From: Methanosarcinales archaeon
GTDB lineage: Archaea > Halobacteriota > Methanosarcinia > Methanosarcinales > Methanogasteraceae
Reading direction: 5' to 3'
DNA: 32,058 nt
NCBI GenBank assembly: GCA_003661105.1
Contig: QMVM01000001.1
Span: 1-32,058 of the forward strand
Every line of letters begins with the position of its first letter. The stretch's first letter is position 1. A program made the position numbers and the translations under genes. The notes below the pieces were generated by a model, which saw only the letters and a list, made by a program, of their open reading frames with translations, made no database searches and had not been told where the DNA came from. Of this stretch, positions 7,581 through 17,216 are shown piece after piece.

Positions 7581-8999
7581 TCACTCCACCACCCTCACCG
7601 TGATCAGATTGGTGGTCCCGGAAACGAAGATCGGCACTCCGGTCGTGAGCACCACCCGGTCCCCAGCCTTTGCAAAGCCAGCGTCCATCGCGGATCGCAC
7701 CGACGCATCCATCGCCTCATCAGTCGTCCCAACCGCAGGGATTCTAAGCGGAGTAACGCCCCATATAAGAGCAAGTCTCGAGAAGGTCGCTTCGTCCGGC
7801 GTTATCGCGATGATCGGAGTTTTCGGGCGGTACATCGAGACGACGGTTGCCGTGCTTCCCGAGTACGTGGTGGTGATGATCGCTGCGGCATTCAGATTGC
7901 ATGCAAGCTGGCAGACGGCATGCCCGATGCTGCGTTCGATCGAGAGTCCGGTCACATCGGCGTCTGCGTCCGTGTGCATCCGCCATCCAACAGACTCGGT
8001 CGTTCTTGCGATCCGGTCCATCATACTAAGGCTCTCGATTGGATAGTCTCCGATCGTGGTCTCTCCTGAGAGCATGATCGCATCAGTCCCGTCCAGTATG
8101 GCGTTTGCGACATCTGTCGCCTCGGCGCGGGTCGGGATCGCATCATGGATCATCGATTCGAGCATCTGGGTGGCTGTGATAACAGGCTTGCCTGATGCAT
8201 TGGACTCCGCGATGAGCCTCTTCTGCGTAATCGGCACCTCTTCAATCGGAATCTCGACTCCGAGATCCCCTCTCGCCACCATGATCCCATCCGCCACCTT
8301 CAGTATCTCCGGAAAATTGTCAAGCCCCTTCTTCGTCTCGATTTTGGCGATGACCGGGATATCTACCTCCTGCTCATGGATCATCTGCTTGACACCGGAG
8401 ATATCGGACGCTCTCCTCACGAATGAAACTGCAATGTAATCGACATTATGTTCTATTCCGAATGAGATATCCTTTTTATCCTTTTCAGTGACGCTCGGTA
8501 CTGAAAAATGCGCCTCCGGGACGCTTACCCCCCTTTTATCGGTGAGAACTCCTCCAACAACAACCTTCGCCTCGACACACCCTCCATCAGTACTCACGAC
8601 CACCATTCTGATCCTGCCGTCATCGATCATGATCGTCTGACCATCTGATACCTCTTTAGCAAAGAGCGGATACCTCACGCCGATATGACACGCATCTCCG
8701 ATTATGTCGCTGGACTGGATGGTTACATCATCTCCAGCGCGTAGAACGATGCTTCCACCTTGCACCCGGGAGGTCCTGATCTTCGGACCCTGAATATCCA
8801 GCATTATAGCGACGGCACGGTTCTGCTCCTGTGAAAGTGCTCGTACCACGCGTATCTGTCTCGCGTGCCACTCATGCGTGCCATGCGACATGTTGAGCCG
8901 GCAGACATCCATGCCGCGCCCGATCAGCTGGCGCAGGGATTCCTCGGATTCGGTGGCAGGTCCGGTGGTGCAGATGATCTTTGTTCTTCTCATGGTCAT
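7581..8999 (-). CDS. pyk: Pyruvate kinase
   Basis: MTMRRTKIICTTGPATESEESLRQLIGRGMDVCRLNMSHG... is the canonical PK N-terminus, and the protein is full-length with a C-terminal regulatory domain. The track ORF extends to 9212, but its first 71 aa are not protein-like, so I prefer ATG 8999 or 8993. An oligo-T run follows the stop on the minus strand. Confidence 0.9.
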   Translation of the reverse strand: MTMRRTKIICTTGPATESEESLRQLIGRGMDVCRLNMSHGTHEWHARQIRVVRALSQEQNRAVAIMLDIQGPKIRTSRVQGGSIVLRAGDDVTIQSSDIIGDACHIGVRYPLFAKEVSDGQTIMIDDGRIRMVVVSTDGGCVEAKVVVGGVLTDKRGVSVPEAHFSVPSVTEKDKKDISFGIEHNVDYIAVSFVRRASDISGVKQMIHEQEVDIPVIAKIETKKGLDNFPEILKVADGIMVARGDLGVEIPIEEVPITQKRLIAESNASGKPVITATQMLESMIHDAIPTRAEATDVANAILDGTDAIMLSGETTIGDYPIESLSMMDRIARTTESVGWRMHTDADADVTGLSIERSIGHAVCQLACNLNAAAIITTTYSGSTATVVSMYRPKTPIIAITPDEATFSRLALIWGVTPLRIPAVGTTDEAMDASVRSAMDAGFAKAGDRVVLTTGVPIFVSGTTNLITVRVVE

Positions 9000-9416
9000 G
9001 GTTCTGTGTAGTACAATAGTCCGGTTCCAGTCGATCGGGAATTTATGTATCACATCCCAACTCAAGTCCGCCTTACTCTTTTGAGGGGCGGCATATAAGA
9101 GTTTTGAGACTGTAGTGTAGCGACAATTTAATTTGCAGATGCAATAAAAAATCTCCACATCATAATATATCGCTGTCGCGCGACGATTGATGAGGCTCAT
9201 AACATTCTTCAACTTCTTAAGAGTGCAGTCTCAAGGAGACTTTACATATGCGGGGTTCGTATCCTATTGTATGGAACGTGGGGGACTCCACCATGATTTA
9301 TGCACGATAACATTTTGGGACCAGTCTATATTTGGGGCACAAAAAATCTATCCGAAAATTCCAGTAACACCGGCAAGGATCCGGGATGCCACATAGTACA
9401 TGCTCCGAACCGTCAC

Positions 9417-10175
9417 CTATGCGATTATCTGCCAGATGGTGTTCACCATAATTTCCAGATTCTTATCGACCCACGACTGACGATTCTTCTTTATTCTCTG
9501 TCCAACGATCCCCCTAAGGTTTTCGACGTGATTATTGTTGTCAGGGATATGTATTCCTCTTGATGTCAATTTTGCGAACAGCGTTACTTTACCAGCGGTT
9601 CTGAGAATGAATTTAGCAGTATTACTGTTCTTGTTCCTTGATAACAGCTCATTAGCGATTGACAGCAACTCTTTTTGAGTGGTATCTATTTGATTCGTAC
9701 ACTGCTGGATTCTGTAGCCACAATCCTCTAAATGTTGTTGTAAGTTAGCATCTCCGTCACAAATAGCGTACACTTCGTCAGAAATGTTGTAATTCCTCTT
9801 GATATGGGATAAAAACTCTGACCAACTCTTGACCGCATCCAGGTATAGTAGAAACTCTTCTCCGGTTTCCAAATCGAGCCCCAACGCGCCTTTGATGCTA
9901 GGACGACCGCCCGACCGCCTCTTTGATTTGGTGTCATCTATGATTATAGCATCGATCGTTTGACCGTTGTATTGCGAATAAATTGGATTTCTTATTGGTA
10001 GTGTCTTATTTTCATAGAATATTTTCTTTAACTTGGAAGAACTCACTTTAACCCCCTGCAAGATGCCAATCAGAAAAGATGCCTCCGAAAACGAGACTAT
10101 TGTGCACAGATATTTCCACGAAGGATGGTGTATGGAATCAAGTAGATTTTTATCTCGGTTGTGCAAATAAGGCAC
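9417..10175 (-). CDS. IS orfB, DDE-type transposase catalytic region (probably expressed as an OrfAB fusion)
   Basis: Candidate acidic triad: AIIIDDTKSKRR, VYAICDGDANL, PDNNNHVENLRGIVGQRIKK. RIQQCTNQ after the second D and N-x-V-E-x-L-x6-R-I-K loosely resemble IS256/Mutator-type transposases. There is no ATG at the 5' end; the track start is GTG. Confidence 0.5.
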   Translation of the reverse strand: MPYLHNRDKNLLDSIHHPSWKYLCTIVSFSEASFLIGILQGVKVSSSKLKKIFYENKTLPIRNPIYSQYNGQTIDAIIIDDTKSKRRSGGRPSIKGALGLDLETGEEFLLYLDAVKSWSEFLSHIKRNYNISDEVYAICDGDANLQQHLEDCGYRIQQCTNQIDTTQKELLSIANELLSRNKNSNTAKFILRTAGKVTLFAKLTSRGIHIPDNNNHVENLRGIVGQRIKKNRQSWVDKNLEIMVNTIWQIIA

Positions 10176-10405
10176 TATGAACGTTTTTTCCCCGCTTCAT
10201 CGAGCGTTCTCTTTGCATGGAAGTCAAATTCAAAATGGGGTGTCCTGATGTGTACTTTTTTGCTTCCCTTTCTCATTTTCGCTTGTTGTGCCATATCATC
10301 CTGCAAACTGTCGAGATACTTCCTTGGTCCGAGGTCTTCGATGCTGTTGACTGCGTCATCGCCGATGCCAACTTCGATGGTCAGTTTCCGTTCAGGCATG
10401 TGCAA
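10175..10405 (-). CDS. IS orfA (76 aa), upstream transposase reading frame
   Basis: It lies inside the TIR-bounded element and ends ...DEAGKKRS* with TAG at 10177-10175. An A6 run (plus-strand T6 at 10184-10189) sits 6 nt before that stop. orfB is open in the -1 frame from just upstream of the run. Confidence 0.45.
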   Translation of the reverse strand: MHMPERKLTIEVGIGDDAVNSIEDLGPRKYLDSLQDDMAQQAKMRKGSKKVHIRTPHFEFDFHAKRTLDEAGKKRS

Positions 10406-10615
10406 TTGAACTGGAGGCGTTTTTATTAAAACTTGTTATGAACCGGCTGGGAATGAATACTGTGCCCGAGTAAAAACTGGTCCCAAAATATTATCACTCT
10501 ATGAAAGAAACGATACTCACAACCATGAAACGCTATTTAAATCCGTTGACCGTTACAAGTATTCGGACGCGAAAACAGAAGCGACTTCTAATCGATGCAA
10601 TCTGGGAGATATGAT

Positions 10616-10852
10616 ATGGAAAAATTTAATCTGACCGCCATAATGTGGAGCGAAGAGGACGTATATGTTTCAAAATGCCCTGAGTTGGGCGTTGCAAGTT
10701 GTGGAGATACGCTGGAAGAGGCACTTAGCAATTTAAAAGAAGCAGTAGAGCTTTATCTCGATAACGCCAGGGAGTTAGGGCTTATTACAGATGTAGAAAC
10801 TGCCCTCACATCTTCTCATAAATTCACATCGGCATTCGAGGTTGCCGCATGA
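10616..10852 (+). CDS. hicB: HicB-family antitoxin (UPF0150-type)
   Basis: MEKFNLTAIMWSEEDVYVSKCPELGVASCGDTLEEALSNLKEAVELYLDN is the classic HicB N-terminal domain pattern. Its stop overlaps the hicA start (ATGA). The track ORF starts at 10595. Confidence 0.8.
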   Translation: MEKFNLTAIMWSEEDVYVSKCPELGVASCGDTLEEALSNLKEAVELYLDNARELGLITDVETALTSSHKFTSAFEVAA

Positions 10853-11088
10853 AGAAGATTCCAGCAGTTTCTTCGGATGATGTGGCCCGGGTATTGAAAA
10901 AAGTGGGATTTGAGTATGCTCCAAAGCGTGGTAAGGGTAGTCACGCCGCGTTTTACAGAATTGATGAAAATGGGCGTAAATTACTTGTTATTGTGCCGAA
11001 AAGGAGAGAACTGCCAAAAGGAACTCTTTTATCTATTCTTCAACAAGCTAATTTGTCAAAAGATGATTTTATTAAATTACTGAAATAA
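10849..11088 (+). CDS. hicA: HicA-family mRNA interferase toxin
   Basis: The 79-aa protein has SSDDVARVLKKVGFEY...KGSHAAFYR...IVPKRRELPKGTLLSILQQANLSKDDF, the HicA (YcfA) signature including the catalytic-region GSH. Confidence 0.85.
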   Translation: MKKIPAVSSDDVARVLKKVGFEYAPKRGKGSHAAFYRIDENGRKLLVIVPKRRELPKGTLLSILQQANLSKDDFIKLLK

Positions 11089-11310
11089 ATAATGAAACGA
11101 TGAGAGCAAAATCAACAAACTGCCCACGGATGCCCTCGAATTCATTCGTGGGTTGGAAGGCTGGGGCTTAACCCAAACCTCGTCTCTTCCACTCCAAGCT
11201 TCAAATATCCGAAATCATACAAATCAGAACCAACGCACCATCTGAATTGGCACCCCCGCGGGTTTAAGAAATCTTAAAGTACAGCTAAGTTTCAGATTCA
11301 TCTGATCGAC

Positions 11311-14211
11311 ATGCAATACAATCCACAGACGATCGAGAGAAAATGGCAGGAAAAATGGGATGCAGAACGGATATTCCAGCCAGAGGTATCCGGTAAAGAG
11401 AAGTATTTCATAACAATTCCATATCCCTACTTAAACGGAAATTTACATGCCGGTCATACCAGAACATTCACCATAGGAGATGTTATAGCCAGATACCAGC
11501 GGATGCTTGGACGAAACGTCCTCTTTCCAATGGGTTTTCATGCAACAGGCACCCCGCTCATAGGTCTTGCCGAATTGATCGCAAAACGCGATCCCGAAAC
11601 CGTGCGCGTCTACACGGAACTGCACGGCATCCCCATGGATGTGCTTGAGACGCTCGACTCTCCTGAATCGCTTGCCGAATATTTCGGCAGGGAAGCAGAG
11701 GCTGTGATGCGGAAGGTCGGATTCTCCATCGACTGGACCAGGAGGTTCACAACGATCGATCCGGCTTACAAGAAGTTTATTGAATGGCAGTTTAATCGGC
11801 TGTATGACCTCGGTTATGTCGTCAAGGGCTCGCATCCGGTGAGGTGGTGCCCGAATGACCAAAATCCGGTCGAGGATCATGATCTGCTCCACGGGGAGGG
11901 TGCAAACATCCTCGATTACACATTACTCAAATTCAAACTCAAGTCGGATGCATCAGATGCACCGGACGGATGGGTTCTTCCGTGCGCAACGCTCCGCCCT
12001 GAAACCGTATTCGGTGTTACGAACCTCTGGATCAATCCCGAAGTCGTGTATGCGAAAGTCAGCGTCAATTCCGAGAAGTGGATCGTTTCTGAGGAAGCGT
12101 ACCGGAAACTGACGTACACCGATAAGGAGGTTAAAAAGATCGGCGAGATCAGCGGGAAGGATCTCATCGGAAAGACTGTCCGAAATCCGGTGATCGAGCA
12201 TGATGTGCTGATCCTGCCTGCAAGTTTTGTTGATCCCGCGAATGGAAGCGGGGTCGTGATGAGCGTTCCGGCACATGCGCCTTACGACTATCTGGCGCTA
12301 AGGGACCTTAAGGGGGTTGAACTCATCGAATACGGCATCCTTGATCTCTCGGACATCGAGCTGATCTCGCTTATCGAGGTTCCTGAGATGGGCGAGTTTC
12401 CTGCTGTTGAGATCGTGGAGGAACTCGGGGTTAAGGATCAGTCGGATCCGCTTGCAGAGAAGGCTACAAAACTCGTTTACAGAAGGGAGTTTCACCACGG
12501 GGTGCTTAAGGAGAATACGGGCAAGTACAGCGGGACTCCGGTCTCAAAGATAAAGGACGTCCTGACACGTGATCTCATCGAAGAGAACCTCGCAGACGTC
12601 TTTTACGAGTTCAGCGAACTGCCTGTGGTGTGCAGATGCGGGACGACATGCGTTGTTGCGATGGTCAAGGATCAGTGGTTCCTCAACTATTCTAACCCGG
12701 ACTGGAAGGCTAAAGTGTATGACCACCTTACCCGGATGCGGATCATCCCTGATGAACTGCGAGTTGAGTTCGAGAACAAGATCGATTGGTTGAAGGATAA
12801 GGCGTGTGCCCGCAAAAAAGGGCTTGGAACAAGACTGCCCTGTGATGACAAGTGGCTCATTGAGTCTCTTGCGGATTCGACGATTTACATGTCGTATTAC
12901 ATCATCTCAAAGTATCTTGACCGGCTAAAGGTGGAACAGCTCACGCCCGAGTTCTTTGATTATGTGCTGCTCGGAGAGGGCAGCGCGGATGGCATGTCTG
13001 TCGACCCGGATCTCGTAGAGCAGATACACGGCGACTTTGAGTACTGGTATCCTGTCGATATCAGGTCGTCAGGGAAGGATCTTGTCCCGAATCATCTCTT
13101 ATTCTTCCTATTCCACCACGTAGCCCTCTTTCCGGAGGATAAACTGCCAGAAGCGATCGCAATAAATGGATTCGTATCTCTTGAAGGAGAGAAGATGAGC
13201 AAGTCAAAAGGACCTCTGCTCACACTTAACCAGTCGATCGATGATTACGGTGCCGACGTGGTGCGGCTCTACATCCTCGGCGCTGCTGAGCAGACGCAGG
13301 ATGCGGACTGGCGATCCGAGGGCGCCAAAAGCACGCATAAGCAACTGGAGCGGTTCTACAACACTGTACGCGATATCGTCGAGACGCCAGAGCCGGATAG
13401 CGGTGTAGCACAAGAAATAGGGGCAGAGCCAGAGATCATCGATAGGTGGATGATGAGCCGGCTCCAGCACCGGATCGCAGAAACGAGCACGGCTCTCGAT
13501 GTGCTTCGCACGAGACATGCGCTTCAGAACGCATTCTACCTGCTGATGAACGATCTTAAGTGGTACCAGCGAAGAGGTGGTACAGCGTCCCTGAAAGATA
13601 TTGCAAGCGTCTGGATCCGGCTGATGGCCCCGTTCACGCCGCATGTCTGTGAGGAGTTGTGGACGGCGGCAGGAAACGACGGTTCGGTCTCGCTTTCAGA
13701 GTATCCGATCCCGGATCTAAGTCTGATCGACAGAGATTCCGAAAGAGCAGAGGAACTGGTGGAAAACACGCTTGGCGACATCGAGGAGATCGTTAGGGTG
13801 GCTGGGATAAAGCCTGGAAAGATCATGCTCTTCACAGCCCCGGTCTGGAAGAACATCGCATTCAAGGCTGCTCTTCTGGCGAAGCAGTCCGGAAAACTGG
13901 AGATGGGCTCTCTGATGAAGGAGTTAATGCAGAATCCCGAGATCAAGAAACATGCACGTGAGGTTCCGAAGTTCGTGCAGTCGTTAGTTAAGGATGTGCA
14001 GAGATGGGGCGATGAACAGATCGCAGACTCCACCCGATCGGCGGATGAACTGGACGTGCTCCTAAAATCCGCAGGTTTCATCGGAAAGGAGTTTAACTGT
14101 GCAGTTGCTGTCATGGACGCTGATTCTGCAGGTGATGATGTCGATCCACAGGGCAAGCGGAGATTTGCGGAACCCGGAAGGCCTGCAATCTATATCGAGA
14201 AGCAGCGGTGA
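11311..14211 (+). CDS. leuS: Leucyl-tRNA synthetase (archaeal type)
   Basis: 966 aa, with HIGH motif NGNLHAGHTRT, KMSKS motif EKMSKSKG, a CP1 editing insertion and an archaeal C-terminal extension. Confidence 0.95.
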   Translation: MQYNPQTIERKWQEKWDAERIFQPEVSGKEKYFITIPYPYLNGNLHAGHTRTFTIGDVIARYQRMLGRNVLFPMGFHATGTPLIGLAELIAKRDPETVRVYTELHGIPMDVLETLDSPESLAEYFGREAEAVMRKVGFSIDWTRRFTTIDPAYKKFIEWQFNRLYDLGYVVKGSHPVRWCPNDQNPVEDHDLLHGEGANILDYTLLKFKLKSDASDAPDGWVLPCATLRPETVFGVTNLWINPEVVYAKVSVNSEKWIVSEEAYRKLTYTDKEVKKIGEISGKDLIGKTVRNPVIEHDVLILPASFVDPANGSGVVMSVPAHAPYDYLALRDLKGVELIEYGILDLSDIELISLIEVPEMGEFPAVEIVEELGVKDQSDPLAEKATKLVYRREFHHGVLKENTGKYSGTPVSKIKDVLTRDLIEENLADVFYEFSELPVVCRCGTTCVVAMVKDQWFLNYSNPDWKAKVYDHLTRMRIIPDELRVEFENKIDWLKDKACARKKGLGTRLPCDDKWLIESLADSTIYMSYYIISKYLDRLKVEQLTPEFFDYVLLGEGSADGMSVDPDLVEQIHGDFEYWYPVDIRSSGKDLVPNHLLFFLFHHVALFPEDKLPEAIAINGFVSLEGEKMSKSKGPLLTLNQSIDDYGADVVRLYILGAAEQTQDADWRSEGAKSTHKQLERFYNTVRDIVETPEPDSGVAQEIGAEPEIIDRWMMSRLQHRIAETSTALDVLRTRHALQNAFYLLMNDLKWYQRRGGTASLKDIASVWIRLMAPFTPHVCEELWTAAGNDGSVSLSEYPIPDLSLIDRDSERAEELVENTLGDIEEIVRVAGIKPGKIMLFTAPVWKNIAFKAALLAKQSGKLEMGSLMKELMQNPEIKKHAREVPKFVQSLVKDVQRWGDEQIADSTRSADELDVLLKSAGFIGKEFNCAVAVMDADSAGDDVDPQGKRRFAEPGRPAIYIEKQR

Positions 14212-14316
14212 TAGGTGATCTGTATCTGCCGACAGAGGGCCACGTCACGGGGTATCCAATCATAGTAACATCTTAAGTGTAGAGTTCACTGACTTATATA
14301 TGCAGGGAGTTTTAGA

Positions 14317-14769
14317 ATGACCGAAGAAGATAGGGAATTGATAGCATATTGTGGACTTTATTGCAGTGATTGCATAAATTACAAAGGCGAAATCGCCGAT
14401 CTGGCCAGAGATTTGAGAAAAAAATTGAGGGAAGCGAAATTCGATCGAGTTTCAAAAGGATTGGTAAAATATTTTAAACAATTTGATAATTACGAAACCT
14501 GCTACGAAGTTTTAGGAGCAATGGTCAGATTACGCTGTAATCGGGCTTGCTTAAACGGTGGAGGAAATCCTTCGTGTAAAATCAGAAGGTGCTGTCAGAA
14601 GAAAGAAATTCGCGGCTGTTGGGAATGTGATGAATTCGAAACGTGTGAAAAATTTGATTTCTTGATACCTATTCACGGAGATGCTAACTTAAAGAACCTG
14701 AAAAAGATCAAGAAAAAGGGGCAGGATAAGTTTATCGAAGGTAAAAGAGATTGGCAAACTTTGGAATAA
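14317..14769 (+). CDS. Cys-rich DUF3795-like protein
   Basis: The 150-aa protein reads IAYCGLYCSDCINYKG...CNRACLNGGGNPSCKIRRCC...GCWECDEFETCEKF, which is the DUF3795 cysteine pattern. The gene looks visibly AT-richer than its neighbours. Confidence 0.6.
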   Translation: MTEEDRELIAYCGLYCSDCINYKGEIADLARDLRKKLREAKFDRVSKGLVKYFKQFDNYETCYEVLGAMVRLRCNRACLNGGGNPSCKIRRCCQKKEIRGCWECDEFETCEKFDFLIPIHGDANLKNLKKIKKKGQDKFIEGKRDWQTLE

Positions 14770-14893
14770 AGATATCCATAAACTATTATCTAAAGACGCA
14801 AAAGTCAGAACCAGTGCAGCAGATAATCTGGCAACTCCAGACCATCGAAAGGTTGTTATACTGGTAGCCAGAAATCCACGGTTGTGATGCATA

Positions 14894-15361
14894 ATGAAAG
14901 AGATCAGCACCTCATCAGGACTCGGAGGCATCCTGAATGCCTTTCGGAATCTCACCAAAGAATCGAAGCGGATAACGTTTGTCGGCACTCCCGGGTTCTG
15001 CGCCCCGTTTGCAGAACTGATCGCATATCCTATCAGGGATGCGGGCAAGGAGCTGGCGTTTGTCGCCAACCTCGACTTCGATGATGCGAAGAAAATCGTG
15101 TTCACGAGCCATGGCATGCAGATGGCTGGGACTACAGATGCTACCGCGGATACGGTAGTAATACTCGGCGGTCTTGCGATGCCAAAGATCAGCGTCGATG
15201 TTCACGCCCTGAAGTCGATGATCGATCTCATTCATGGAGGAGACGGAATGCTTATCGGCGTCTGCTTCATGAGTATCTTTGAGCTGTCAGGATGGTACGA
15301 CATCCTCGATTTCGATTATATGATCGATACACATACAAGTGTAAAGGTTCTTGAGAAGTGA
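14894..15361 (+). CDS. Conserved archaeal hypothetical protein (DUF2124-like)
   Basis: The 155-aa ORF has protein-like composition and lies directly upstream of rplX-pfdA-ftsY. The family name is recalled from memory and not verified. Confidence 0.45.
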   Translation: MKEISTSSGLGGILNAFRNLTKESKRITFVGTPGFCAPFAELIAYPIRDAGKELAFVANLDFDDAKKIVFTSHGMQMAGTTDATADTVVILGGLAMPKISVDVHALKSMIDLIHGGDGMLIGVCFMSIFELSGWYDILDFDYMIDTHTSVKVLEK

Positions 15362-15367
15362 TACAAT

Positions 15368-15556
15368 ATGACAAAAGAGTTCATAGTCAGCGGAACGTTC
15401 AAAGCCGGTTCGAACCGGGAGCGGTTTACCAAGACGGTAAGCAGCCAGAACCGGAAAAACGCAATTGAGAAAGTGTATTCGCTCATCGGGAGCAAACATC
15501 GGCTGAAGAGAAATTTTATTGACATAACAGACATTTCGGAGACAGGATCCTCATGA
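15368..15556 (+). CDS. rplX: 50S ribosomal protein LX (L18Ae/L20A family)
   Basis: The 62-aa protein MTKEFIVSGTFKAGSNRERFTKTV...NAIEKVYSLIGSKHRLKR sits in the conserved position upstream of the prefoldin alpha and FtsY genes. Confidence 0.75.
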   Translation: MTKEFIVSGTFKAGSNRERFTKTVSSQNRKNAIEKVYSLIGSKHRLKRNFIDITDISETGSS

Positions 15557-15993
15557 GTGGACAACCTACAAACGATGAACTACAGCGATTGGCAGCTCAG
15601 CATGATGAACATCAGGCGCAAGCCGAGATGCTTGCGGAGCAGATAGAAGCGATCCAGATATCTATCATCGAATGCGAGCGCGCCGTAAACGCAATCGATG
15701 CGCTCAAGGACGAAGACGAAGTTGCGGCACTCGTTCCGATAGGCGCGGGTTCGTTCATGCACGCCAAACTGGCCAAATCCGACCGCACGATCATCAGCCT
15801 CGGATCGAACGTATCAGCAGAGATGTCTTCAGACGCTGCAAAAGACCGTCTCGTCGACAGGAGGGAGAAGCTCGCAAAGATACTTGAACAGATGAACCAG
15901 ACGATGGGCGAGCTGGCAAAGAGGATTCAGGCGATTCAGGCGGCGGCTACCAAACAGACGCAGGCAAGGCAGCCAGATCAGGCGTATATCTGA
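15553..15993 (+). CDS. pfdA: Prefoldin alpha subunit
   Basis: 146 aa, with coiled-coil N- and C-termini flanking ALVPIGAGSFMHAKLAKSDRTIISLGSNVSAEM, the beta-hairpin core typical of PfdA. It overlaps both neighbours by 4 and 1 nt. Confidence 0.8.
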   Translation: MSGQPTNDELQRLAAQHDEHQAQAEMLAEQIEAIQISIIECERAVNAIDALKDEDEVAALVPIGAGSFMHAKLAKSDRTIISLGSNVSAEMSSDAAKDRLVDRREKLAKILEQMNQTMGELAKRIQAIQAAATKQTQARQPDQAYI

Positions 15994-17003
15994 TGTTTAA
16001 AAAATTAAAAGATAAGCTCGACTCATTCAAAGAGGCGATCAGCAGCACGATCGACCGGAAGGCTGCGGATGTGGGTGTGGAAGAAGCGCTGAAGAATGAT
16101 AAGAAGGGTAAGAAGAAGGCAGGGGTTATCAAAAGAGCGAAAACCCTGATCGTTGAGCGGGAGTTGATTCTCGATGAGGGCGACCTCGAGGGTCCGCTGT
16201 GGGATCTTGAGATGGCTCTGCTCGAGAGCGATGTTGCGCTTCCTGTCGCCGAGAGTATCATCGATGCAGTTAAAGACGAACTGGTAGGAGTTCATAAGAA
16301 AATCAGGTCGGACACCTCTGATATCGTCGAAACTGCGCTTAGAAACGCCCTCATCAGTGTAATGTCAAAGGAGATGTTCGATCTCGATGATTTCATCGCA
16401 AACGCCACAAAGCCAGTAACCATTGTATTCATCGGAGTGAACGGCACAGGGAAAACGACTACGATAGCGAAAATAGCATCGAGATTGAAGGCAGCTGGGT
16501 ATTCTGTCGTGATCGCATCAGGAGACACGTTCAGGGCTGGTGCAACAGAGCAGATGGAGAAACATGCTGAGAGAATCGGTGTAAAACTGATCAAGCACCA
16601 GCATGGCGGCGATCCGGCTGCTGTTGTCTATGACGCGGTCCAACATGCGAAAGCGCAGCACCGTGACGTGGTGCTTGCTGACACGGCAGGGCGGATGCAC
16701 ACGAACGTGAACCTGATGGACCAGCTGGAGAAGATCTGCCGTGTGACGCCACCCGATCTCGTGATCTTTGTTGATGAGGCAGTTGCAGGCAATGATGCAG
16801 TGGAGCGGGCGCGGGAGTTTAATGCGATAGTCCCGGTGGGTGGTAGCATCCTCACAAAGGTTGATATGGACTCAAAGGGCGGCGCAGCGATTTCGATTGC
16901 GCACATCACCGGAAAGCCGATACTGTTTCTGGGAACCGGGCAGAAGTATGAGGACTTTGTGAAGTTCGATGCGGGATGGTACGTGGATCAGTTGTTTGAG
17001 TGA
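15993..17003 (+). CDS. ftsY: Signal recognition particle receptor FtsY
   Basis: It has the SRP-GTPase motifs GVNGTGKTTTIAKIA, DTAGR and TKVD, plus a charged N-terminal A-domain. Confidence 0.92.
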   Translation: MFKKLKDKLDSFKEAISSTIDRKAADVGVEEALKNDKKGKKKAGVIKRAKTLIVERELILDEGDLEGPLWDLEMALLESDVALPVAESIIDAVKDELVGVHKKIRSDTSDIVETALRNALISVMSKEMFDLDDFIANATKPVTIVFIGVNGTGKTTTIAKIASRLKAAGYSVVIASGDTFRAGATEQMEKHAERIGVKLIKHQHGGDPAAVVYDAVQHAKAQHRDVVLADTAGRMHTNVNLMDQLEKICRVTPPDLVIFVDEAVAGNDAVERAREFNAIVPVGGSILTKVDMDSKGGAAISIAHITGKPILFLGTGQKYEDFVKFDAGWYVDQLFE

Positions 17004-17216
17004 TCCCCTATCTGGCCCGACCCTGGTAGGTGTCTGCTTCAGCTGATTCCTTCTATGCAGTCCGGCATGAATGTACCAGACATACATGCGGATTGCATCC
17101 CTTCGTGCCACTCGGAGACCTACTGCTTATCATACATGCTCTTTGTGGTCCGGGTGTTGTCTTTATCCCTTCCGATCTCAAGTTTCATTTTCATAGACTA
17201 CACCCTAAAAACCCCT

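Larger units (their letters stand above)
9306..10495 (-). mobile_element. Insertion sequence (~1.19 kb) with imperfect ~36-bp terminal inverted repeats; family unresolved
   Basis: The left end 9306-9341 is GATAACATTTTGGGACCAGTCTATATTTGGGGCACA. The reverse complement of 10461-10495 is GATAATATTTTGGGACCAGTTTTTACTCGGGCACA, about 29/36 identical with one gap. The repeats enclose two overlapping transposase-like ORFs, and the segment looks lower in GC than its flanks. I found no clear target-site duplication. Confidence 0.7.

Noticed and set aside
9306-10495. Target-site duplication flanking the IS
   Set aside because: The flanks (…TTTATGCAC | element | ACTCTATGA…) share no direct repeat of 2-9 bp adjacent to the TIRs, so no duplication is claimed. 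The exact ends may be off by a few bases.
13536-14156. 206-aa minus-strand ORF inside leuS. Similar long antisense ORFs occur at 19363-20043, 20721-21254, 22002-22589, 23310-23831, 6718-7191 and 7600-8046.
   Set aside because: All are antisense to strongly supported genes and have Ser/Arg/Pro-rich, non-protein-like sequences. They are codon-bias shadow frames.
17043-17194. Small minus-strand ORF downstream of lemA (MKMKLEIGRDKDNTRTTKSMYDKQ-TAG-VSEWHEGMQSACMSGTF...), which would be a third TAG-interrupted frame
   Set aside because: It is very short, has no recognisable family and no ribosome-binding signal. Any random frame can be extended through one stop, so it is not evidence.
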